DNA from: Trichoplax sp. H2
Taxonomy: Eukaryota
Direction: 5' to 3'
DNA: 20,000 bases
Assembly (NCBI GenBank): GCA_003344405.1
Contig: NOWV01000275.1
Span: 50,328 to 70,327 of the forward strand
Shown: positions 10,489-20,000 of the stretch, in pieces
How the letters are laid out: each line of letters begins with the position of its first letter
Numbering within the stretch: the stretch's first letter is position 1
Position numbers and translations under genes: made by a program
The notes under the pieces: model-generated
Told to the model about the DNA's origin: nothing
Databases searched by the model: none
What the model saw: the letters and a program-made list of their open reading frames with translations, nothing else

Positions 10489-12059
10489 ACATTTCATACT
10501 TCTGGATCTTAAATCTAAGATATTCAAAGCTAGACTGGAACACGCATAAATAGGATAATTAATTAAGATTTTACCATAGACAGTGGGTAAGATGCATTAA
10601 ATGTTTTATATTAAGACCTAGATGATAACTACTAGCATCCTATGATGCGTAAGAATGCTCACTTACCTGATCTTGCTTGTCTATATTCCTCATATTTTTC
10701 ATACAGCAAAGCATCGCCGAAGGCCTTCCTTGACGATATTGACCATATGCTTTGTCACTTTCTTTAAGTTCTTCAGCTATCTGCTTATCATGAATGGTGG
10801 TTAGCGTATAAAGAGGTATTCTATTCATTTGCTTTAAGCAAAGAATAGAGCCTGATCGATAGGCAGAAGTTGATTTAAATGCAGTGCTTACACCGCGAAT
10901 TATTTCAGGTATTTTGCTGGAATTTAGCATGCCACAAACATTGGTTTTACGTCGGTACAGAAATGAACATAAATCGAGCGATAATCGGTTATTGTCTATG
11001 TAAATATTGTAGCCCTGGTCTAATAGAGGTAACAACAGAAATGTTGCCAGCTTTTTAGCTTTATTAAAATTCTGAGAATGAATAGGTAGTATTTACTTTA
11101 AGCACTCAGTTGGATCTTTATCATTGACGTATAACTTAAATCGAAAAGCGTATCCAGTACTGCATTCGCAAAGCCGAATTAGTTTGATTCCGAAGCGGGT
11201 ACGTTTAAAGCGAAAATCTTGAAGTTAGAGCCTTTTTTTCCAGACAAGAAAAGATTCATCGATTGCCAAATTCTGTTCCACGACATAAACTGCTTGAAAA
11301 TATTCCAATAGATGATCTATTAGTAGTCTTACTTTATACAGGCGATCATGATTAGGGTCAGTCTTGTCTGACATGTTATCGTTATCGTGCAGGTGGAAAA
11401 ATTTTAAAAGCAATTGAAAACGATGACAAGTCATAACCGATCGAAAGATTGGTGTATCATATAAATCATTCAGTAAACCAGCAATGGCTAATATATAGCT
11501 TTCGAATGATACCCATCAGCAATAACAAGCCAAGAAACTTTTCATTTCAGCTACGTTAGTGGGTATCCAGCTCGGAAGTTTAGCAAACTTGTATGTTTTT
11601 GGATAATCGCGCAGATACTGTAGAGCAAATAAGTTTGTTTCTGCTACAAAATAGGTTAGTAAATCTTGGGTAACAAATAGTCTAAAGTAATCTCGAGGAT
11701 GGAAGCCAGCAGTATCTACGGTTAAGCCGTGATCACCTCTGAAACTATGCGGCATTGGTCGAGCATTTTTAGCCGGCTGCCAAATATTAGTATAGTCTAG
11801 AAATTGCAGTGGCGACGTATGCTCCAAACGTGGAGTATAAAAATTGTTTTCATCGTAGTCTTCGATATCTGTTACTGCCATATCGTCGAGTAAACCGTAG
11901 TTATAGACTCCTTTTTCATGCCAGATATCAACATACTGTGAGTTGAGATCGATATCGCTCATTTCGCTATGATCCGAATCATATAAAGCATTATTCTCCC
12001 ATAGTCTATTCGTTTCGCAGGTTGTTTGAGTTTTGCCACTTGTATTAGAGAGAAGCCAT
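10489..12059 (-). mobile_element. piggyBac-family (PGBD4-like, DDD) transposase relic, frameshifted, with probable intron
   Basis: Motifs YFRLF...VAETNLFA, WIPTNVAEMKSF/LGLLLLMGII, MTCHRFQLLLKFFH, DRLYKVR, AIDES, RFGIKL...GY, YIDN, CGML and NIDKQDQ. Probable original ATG at 12059 with a 1-nt shift. Further frameshifts near 11530, 11470 and 11095 and a stop at 11227-11225. No TIR/TTAA ends recognised. Confidence 0.88.
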
Positions 12060-14350
12060 GATTTTGCTGTTTGACCAAGTTAGCTAACGGAATTAGTTCT
12101 TACCGTTCAGAGTATTTCAATAATTGAAATGGAAGAATTTGCTGTACGCATTCAGCTACGACCTTTGGGATATGCGTGGGTACTGCTGTGATAAATGGTA
12201 GTTTTCAATCTTCAGTAGTATTTGTACATGCTCTCTCACTCTACTTGAATGCAAAGGAGTTAATTAAGTTTTTTCTTCACCTTCACAGAAGTATGCATTA
12301 CCTTACTAAATTGGATACTATAGTATTACTAAACAAGTACGACGAGTCAATGACATTCTATGAAAATTGTTACAGTAATTAACGGTATAATTTATAATTT
12401 ACAAGTTGTAGTGCAAAGATGATTTCAATTATGCCTGTAGTTGGCGGGATAATCATAATAATCGTTCTATGAGATTAAATGTATGCGGCTATTACGCTAT
12501 GCCATAATAATAGCATTAAGGCAATAGGATGAAAATTAATTAAATCTAAGCAATAATTAAACTATTTGATGGAGCTATAGCCTGATAACCTTAATATGCG
12601 TGAGCACCGCTAGTTTTTAGCTACGATAATCAATTTATATTAAGAAAAGCATTGCATTAGATTTACGTTAGTATTATAGTAGTGTATTTAATCTAATATG
12701 GTTTTTTTGATAAAATAGAATGCAGAAAATCGTATATACAGTAAAAAAATCATCCTAAAATTTCATTATCAATTCTGCAAGTGTTAGATGGAGAAAGCTA
12801 ATCTATAGGTAACTGTATAAACTACCGGTATATAGTTAATAATTACCGATAAAACAATAGCCTTAAGTAGAGAGAAATACCAAAGAGATTAAGAAGGCCT
12901 ACTAGATAACAGGAGAATTGAGAGTAAGAATCTTTTTCCTAACATGACGACTTTTAGGCCTTGGTCATAAATGCTTAATGCTATTATGCGGTTATTTGTT
13001 GTCTTACCGTAATATGATTTTATTCAATAGCAGCTATTGACGTAGCTTAATTATTGAGAGACCGGATTTATCTGAAAAACACGTCAAATTTTTAAGCTGC
13101 GCAAAGTACTCTCAGATAAAGCCAAGGACTAAAAGATATACTAGGGTGCATCACATACGGTAGTCCATGATAAAGTAAATAACTGAAATTTTAGATCTCT
13201 AATATGCATTGTATCCAGTATCAGATTTTCTGGCTACAACTTTACCTCAGGCATTTTAGCTGGTTCTGGTAAATTATTTAAATTTTAGCTTGAAGACAAT
13301 AAAATAGAAACAACTTAAAATCACTAAATTCAGTCTATTCTATACCTAGTTCACAGTTATAATTACTAAAAAATATAATGGGACACGTTAAAGTTGTTTC
13401 TATTCTGTTTTAATTCTGTTCCTTTTGCTTTCATGACGTTAGCATAAATCTCTATAAAAACTCTCAAACACTTAAAATGCCTTCTAGCCTTTCCTAGTGA
13501 GCTCATCGGGATGCAAAGTCCGCTGCTAACCGACAGTAAAATTCAAATCGATATTGTTCATTTTGGATATGCATTACGAGGCCGTACAGCACAAGGTTTC
13601 GGCTTCAATCGTATCCTGAAAATTCATCAAGACTTTAAATTATTATATGAGATCCGGTAGCGTACAAACTACCGTACTTAAGAAAGATGTGTTTGTAGTA
13701 TCATCAATCCAGTTTGTACCTAATGTATCTCTTGTTTCCTTGTAAACATTGAGTATTAACTAATTTTAATGTTGTAGCCAAGCTGTAGGATACAATTGAT
13801 CTATTTTCTATCATCCATTTGCACCATCATAAATTGATTGGATATTAGTATTCCGCTCATGTTGTCCTATACACAGATCAATCTTCCTTAATGCTGTAGG
13901 ATAAAACAGATTTATTTCACATACTGTTTACACCATGGTAAAATTCATTGGGTACTGAACAGATTACTGTATTCGCTTCGTTTTAGACAGATTAGTGCAT
14001 TAAAAAGTGTGCTGTGTATTGATCAATCTTATTTTCTTAATGCTTGAGGGGCGAAGGGAATGGTGTATCATGGTAACATTTGAATCTTGCATACGCGTAT
14101 ATCATTCAGTAACAATTTATTTTTTAGGGTAAAATCATGAACTACAGTATATTAATAGACTGTCCTCGCAAAGCTGTGCTGCGATCGGCCAAGTTTTACT
14201 CGCTATTTGCCCTCACTTAGTCAAACTGTCAAAGCAGAAACGATTCATGAAAAAGAGGGTTGTAAACGTAAAGAAAGAGTAACTGATATACTGTAAGTGA
14301 TTAACCGTCATGATAACATTTTCGATACATCACAGGTATAGTAAAATCAT

Positions 14351-14914
14351 TCATTGGTAGATAATGATGTTCACAGTCATTAACTCAACTTCGTTGAGGT
14401 CAATATAACCGATTCTAGTTATAAAACTGCAATCGTATTGATCGCCATCTTCAAGGTTGTCCATGTAGTCGATGTAAATAGCATCACCCACGAATTGTTC
14501 TTTCAAAGCTTTGCTTCCACTCATAGTACAATTGGCAATGGTGTATAAGTTCAATATTTCGTTAGTAAACACTTTTTATTACTGTTACTTTAGCAATTAC
14601 AACCTCATACAGTACAACAACAAACCTTGGGATTGGATTTTCATTATCTGGTTGCATGCATGTAATCATCTATCATGAATGAGCAAAATAAAATAAATAA
14701 AAATGATCGTGTCTCTCTTACTAAACTGTAAAAGGCTACAAAATGTTCTATTCTCCTCTTGTAGAATACTTTTGAACTCATCACTTTGTTATTACTCTTG
14801 AATTGTCATAGGAACAGTTAAATTCTCATTCTCTTGATCGGCTACCAACTCATGCAGCCAATTAGTATAGTAATCAAAGGCCTCGTCAATGCCATGGCAC
14901 TGTTTCACTATTTT
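14351..14914 (-). pseudogene. Two decayed exons of an unidentified gene
   Basis: Exon 14914-14722 (GATAG| ... A|GTAAGA) reads KIVKQCHGIDEAFDYYTNWLHELVADQENENLTVPMTIQE**QSDEFKSILQEENRTF. ORF 14351..14572 has protein-like composition but cannot be joined in frame at the obvious acceptor. Confidence 0.35.
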
Positions 14915-15825
14915 CTATCGGTACTTTGCAAGAGTTAATAATGTAATGACATTAAGTTTCGGCAGCTAGCTATGGACCTAGAAGGATTGATTAATAAAGC
15001 GATATGAACAAGAAATCAAACTTCCTGTCCCATTATTCTCGGCCACTTTATCACGTATTAGAATTATAAAACTATTGTAAGGTTGAATCTTAGACTTTAT
15101 TTAGAAAATCATCTTGTTGATAATAACACTCTTAAATTCTAATTTAAAAAATGAACACTCTACTATAATTCTTCTGTTTCAATCAAACTTTTTAAAACGT
15201 TATAGCTATATATTTCTAGGGAGTAAATTGACGTCATTGAACTACGTGTTATCGTAAAATCTTGAATATTAATCATATCCTTTAAAATGATATCAGCTTA
15301 GCACATGATGGGCAGAATGCAAAAGTTTTTAAGTAATTAAGCATGCGGATATGATCTTAAACACTAAAAATGCGAACCTGATATTCGCTCTTAGCCTTAC
15401 GTCTATAACAGTAGCAATAGAATAAAGCCATTCATTGACAATTCAACGCCGCACAATTAAAGAAACAAGCTCTCTTACTCTATTTTACCATTTGTAAGCC
15501 ATATAAAATTATTTAAAGCATATCCATTTCACAATAAAAATAAAAACGCAACGTCAAAAGTCGTAATCATTATGCCAAGTAATTCTAATAGGAGTAAAAT
15601 TCACTAAGAAAGATGGCTGAGTGAATTGCAAACTATGATTACCATTAAAATGCTTTCATCCTTTACAAGCAAGTAATAAAATTAAACGAACAACATTGGA
15701 TGCTAAACAGAGAAATAGACTATGCAAATTGCTATTTTAAATCTTAATGTAAAAGTAATTTTAAACACTATGTAAAAAATCTATAACGCTACCATACGTG
15801 TTGAAGTAATAAATTATATGCTACA

Positions 15826-16090
15826 CTATGCTAAGTGAATCATGTAGTTTAGCACCAATAGAGCACTGATAATTATGCATAAATGCGGTAGGCTGAATAT
15901 ATCGACAGTAAATATATCTACGTATGACTTAGTTTCCTTTCCTTTTCCTTTTGGTTCATTTTCATATTCCCTTTCCGCATTTTCTAAGATTTTTATCATT
16001 TGCGAACTAATAGTAGATAGAACCTCACGAAACACATCATATGCTCGAATACCACGTTCCGGTAAAATATCCAACAGTTTATCCATTTTC
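15826..16090 (-). CDS. Roco gene: C-terminal half of CARD and C-terminal tail (probable last coding exon)
   Basis: Acceptor ATTATCACAG|G at 16092-16091 in phase 2. EKMDKLLDILPERGIRAYDVFREVL is the CARD LLD.L..RG..AF..F...L pattern. Stop at 15828-15826; a weak alternative donor lies at 15921. Confidence 0.8.
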
Positions 16091-16177
16091 CTGTGATAAT
16101 AGTTGTCACAGTTTATCTTATCCGCATGATACATTTTTACAACTAAGCTATATCATCGTATCGTATTGCAGACTTAC

Positions 16178-16373
16178 TCATAATCGTTTGGCTGACATAG
16201 AATGATTTCCTTTAGATAAGGTGTTAGAATCTCTCGACTGTATAAATGATTACAAATAGGCTTCACACTTGATTTAAACCCATCAATAATTTTGACGCGG
16301 TGGCTTCGTAAGATTTGTTTATGTATTTCCAACATTCCAATTCCGCTGTTCTTACATTTTGATATTGTCGATG
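16178..16373 (-). CDS. Roco gene: N-terminal half of CARD
   Basis: Acceptor CCTTTACTTCAG and donor GA|GTAAGT. Open frame ASTISKCKNSGIGMLEIHKQILRSHRVKIIDGFKSSVKPICNHLYSREILTPYLKEIILCQPNDY. An 87-nt intron leads to the next exon. Confidence 0.85.
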
Positions 16374-16530
16374 CTGAAGTAAAGGATCAAAAAATATTTA
16401 AGTTCACTATTTGTCGCTTGTTTTTATATTATTAGATATTCATATATGCATTATAGCAGCTACGATTATAATTTTCAAAGAATAACTCAAACATAGTCCT
16501 TAGATATATTGGCAACTTTGCCTAACTAAC

Positions 16531-16590
16531 CACGCTCTTCCTCAGTTAACGACATAGGAGTGTCCTCTCCGTTATCGCTAGAAGCATCGA
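16531..16590 (-). CDS. Roco gene: 60-nt acidic linker exon
   Basis: TCTCTTGTATTTAACAG| ... G|GTTAGT, phase 1-1. Reads DASSDNGEDTPMSLTEEER. Confidence 0.75.
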
Positions 16591-16993
16591 CTGTTAAATA
16601 CAAGAGATAAAAGAATTATTATTAAACCAATTTATAAGGTTATAAATTTCATTTAATAAATCAATGAGTTCGATCCGCCGTACAATAAAGTACATACTAT
16701 TTTAAAAATTTTACTGAATATTTTGTCTATTGTTATTACAGTTATTTCAGTGAGTAAATCTATGACAACATCGTTTCAAATGTATGAGCGCTATTATTGA
16801 TAACTTATCGATTGAAGTAGAAATTAATGTTGAAATATTATTAAAGCAATTTCTTACTGTTTAATTGATCAATAAAATTGGTTATTCATGTGAGCTCCAA
16901 TTAAGCCTACTGTACAGTATATACTGATACATTTCATAAAGGAATAATCAGCTACAAAAGATTCCAAAGACTGCACCGTATTTGTGGTATCAC

Positions 16994-19039
16994 CTGTAAT
17001 ATTATCTAACCAAGGCTTTAAGTGGTATGAGGAATGCCAGGTACGTTCACAATTAAGGCAATCCAGAAATGATTTATCATCACTTAATCCATCTTCGATA
17101 TTTACTAATTCTCCACAATACGGACACTTAACACTCACTTTTATTCGTATATGACTCATATTTGGCATCCATTTAGTAAGAACGATTCTTAAAGCTGATT
17201 CAATTGCATCCTTAACATGGAGCTCAACGGCTGTTTTAGTTAGCCTTCTTCTTACTTCTTTAGATTGTAAATTTGGGTGTCGATACACTAATTGTAAGCC
17301 TATGACCGTTGACAACTTATCGATAATCAAATTAATACCAGGACTAATTCGAAATGAAGCGCAGTTTTGATATAGTTTAACTCTGCCATTATTCCATCCA
17401 CGCTTTTGCAAACATTGAGAAATCAAGCAGTAAAAGATATTATAAGAAATATAAGGTAACTCCTTCTCATCAAACCCTAAATAGATGTATTTCGATGTGG
17501 TGCTATTCGATGGATATAATGCATCACTCTTAGGTTGTGTCTTTAGAAGACAAGGAATAAGATAGATACGATCTTTTCCTTGTAATTCACTTGCTTCACA
17601 TAGAATATCGTAGTGAGTCATAAGAGACAATACGTATTTTCTTTCTTCATCATCTAAATTAAATTTGCTCCAAACCTGTCGAATGTATTCTTCGCTTATT
17701 TTACCTGTATTCTGAATCTTCTCGTATTCACTCCAGTCATCAGCATGAGAAGACTTGAAAAATGAAATTCGAATTAATGAACAAAACACCTCAATTAGCC
17801 AATCAATATCCGATACGACCCAATTACTCAGAATCTCGTCTTTATCGCAATAAACAATTTGTCCGATATTATGCAAGTAAGATAATAAACTATCTAACTT
17901 CTCGCCTTGCTTAGATAGATGATGTTTGTCTATCAAGTCTTTAACTTGTGTTTTAGTAAGTAACTTCTTTATTGTTTTATCTTCTCTTTCTCCACGAAGT
18001 ATTTGAATGATTTCATACCATCGAACTGGAATAGGATCCGTTATAAATGGTAATTTTTCTGCAATTTTAGTAAAGATTTGACATAACTGTTTACGTGTCT
18101 CGTCTCTTAGACGTTGAGTTGCTTCACTGTTATCGTTGCCATCACCATTCATAGCTAAGTGTGATAAGTATAGATGTTTGGAAAAGGCCTTACTGCCAAA
18201 TTCACGTGATATGTTGTTATAAGCTGCTTGTATTTTTCTATTTTTTTCTTCTTCATTATTAGCTACAATCTTATCTGCATGACTACCGATGACAATGACA
18301 ATAGGCAATTCATAATATTTACCATCGATCGTAATCTCATTTCTAGCATTACTCCCTAAACCATCGCGTAACCCCTTGCATCCACGTACAGATGATAACC
18401 ATTCATGCATTCTTGCAAAGTAGGTTATATCTGATTTTGAGTTGTTCCTTTGTTGTATAGCGTCATTAATCTCTTCAGCGATATTAAATACAAGAACATA
18501 AATACTATCACACGACATAAATGGTTGATGTGTAACGTGATATTCTGCCTGATCTCCGAAGTCGCACAATACAGCATGTAGATTGTCTATTTTTGACTGC
18601 TGTGATTTCTTACTTTCATTACTATCTGTATTTGCCTCTTGTATCTTAGAAAGTTTCGGTCTAAGTTTGCTATACTTGCTGCGAAGTGATTTATCGAATA
18701 CATTCGTTCTTTGCGATTTCATATCGGATAAGGTCTGTCTTGTAACTTGTAAAAATGGCGATTGAAGAACTGCTAACCCAACTTTACTATCAGCGAGAGT
18801 GCCCAATCCAGTCTTCACCATATCACCAGTATCGAATGTAATCAATTCTATTAGCGGATGATTACCACTAGCTACTTGTGTTGGTGCTTCATTAGCCAAT
18901 AGTGACTGCTTAATTAGGACTTTGAGTAAAGTTGTTTTACCTACATTTTCTGGTCCGATAATCATAATTCTTATAAGATTGTTCTTACATTTTCCTTCTT
19001 GTAATGCGTAAATGAAATCGCGAAAATAATCCAGTTTCA
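16994..19039 (-). CDS. Roco-family GTPase, large exon: Roc + COR + C-terminal CxxC-CxxC Zn ribbon
   Basis: 723-aa open frame with YALQEG, G1 GPENVGKT, G3 DFGDQ.EY..TH..F, G4 GSHADK, COR motifs IPVRW, LSYLH.IG.I and WL, Y.IPCLL, CPYC and CLNC. Acceptor AACACAG|TG at 19041-19040, so the ORF-track GTG is not a true start. The 3' donor is uncertain (16993 assumed; 16930 and 16924 are also phase 1). Confidence 0.92.
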
Positions 19040-19606
19040 CTGTGTTACGAAACGAGAATTAATATGGAGGATGAAATTAACAAATTTTGTTTTCAAATTA
19101 AAAAATTATACAGTATGTACTGATTTTAATTTGAACTACATCTTGCATATTGTGCAATCTTTAACAAATTATTATAAATTATCATACAGGAGCTGATAAA
19201 TACTGTTTTGTCAAATATTTTCGCTGTATCATTTATTCATAAACTTATTACACTTAATTATAGTATATTTAAAGTTAACCTGACATGACTACATTAATTA
19301 AACTAATTTCTCTATAAGTCTAACAAAATTATCCTAAAATAATGCTATAAATGCAGAAGATAGAATATATTATGATTGAATACTGTATATCTTTTTTGCT
19401 ACATGATAAAATCTAAACGAGTTTTCACACAATATTATATATCTCTTTACTATTTCCATCGCCAAATCTTTTATAATACATGCCAAATATTAACTATTTA
19501 ACTAAATTTAAATGTGATGATATACAGTAAAAAAAAATACAGTACGTACAATAGTCTATTTAATAATGTCATTGTATATTTAATATACCAATACAACGAT
19601 ACTTAC

Positions 19607-19609
19607 GAT
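19607..19609 (-). CDS. Candidate 3-nt microexon (ATC) of the Roco gene
   Basis: AATATTGCAG|ATC|GTAAGT: consensus acceptor and perfect donor 3 nt apart, downstream of a long AG-free zone. Confidence 0.5.
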
Positions 19610-19611
19610 CT

Positions 19612-19980
19612 GCAATATTCGTATGATGTGTATGATTGATATGGAATTATGCGATGATAGAATAATACAGTTTATATAGTATTGACGTATAGTAAGACAC
19701 AAGTAGAGAAGAGTAGAGTAGTAATGGTAATTTGTATTGAATGACGATTGAATGGCGATTTAGTGTATAAGCATTGCAGTGTATTGGTGGTTTTAGTATA
19801 CGTATATCCGTATAATAACCATACGATAATCATTCCATTCGATCATTGCATATATGTACATATCCATTCCATAGTAAATCGCATTGTCGATCCCATAGTA
19901 AATCCAATAGTAAACCATATATGTATATTAATACAATAACATAAAATAATCATAATTAATACACACAAATAATATTAATC
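19612..19980 (-). promoter_or_regulatory. AG-exclusion zone with candidate distant branch point and polypyrimidine tract
   Basis: No CT on the + strand (no AG on -) from 19612 to 19980. ACTAAA motifs near 19795 and 19762 are followed by the pyrimidine tract TTACTACTCTACTCTTCTCTACTTGTGTCTTACT at about 19723-19690. Confidence 0.55.
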
Positions 19981-20000
19981 CTCCTACATTAAACATGCTA

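Noticed and set aside
10200..13000. piggyBac terminal inverted repeats and TTAA target-site duplication
   Set aside because: Many TTAA sites, but no matching inverted terminal pair was found by eye.
13470..14090. Further exons with good acceptors (13617, 13894) and a small local duplication
   Set aside because: Stops in the frames examined and no identifiable product. They may belong to the 14.3-14.9 kb relic but this cannot be supported.
19188..19192. Second microexon TTTATCAG|CTCCT|GTATGA
   Set aside because: It is 5 nt (frame-shifting), has no AG-free zone, and is plausible by chance in AT-rich DNA.

Overview
AT-rich eukaryotic (animal) genomic DNA with short GT-AG introns. The compact introns, the TTAGGG motif and a Roc-COR-CARD gene suggest an early-branching metazoan such as a placozoan (inference only). 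Every recognisable gene or gene relic is on the minus strand. From right to left: (1) an apparently intact Roco-family GTPase gene (Roc-COR-Zn ribbon, then a CARD split over two exons). Its 5' end lies beyond the window, its G3 motif is aberrant (DFGD), and it is preceded by a candidate 3-nt microexon with a ~370-nt AG-free zone. (2) Unidentified decayed exons near 14.3-14.9 kb. (3) A frameshifted piggyBac (DDD) transposase relic with a probable intron and no visible TIRs. (4) A ~4.5-kb fossil gene for a mosaic extracellular protein (TSP1/SRCR/EGF/MAM-like exons plus three tandemly duplicated exon units), in which one SRCR exon is cut off by a short telomeric insert. (5) About 4.5 kb of non-coding DNA with several degenerate repeats. 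(6) The first two coding exons of a signal-anchored protein with a long hydrophilic polybasic region that runs off the left end. No rRNA, tRNA or CRISPR features were seen.
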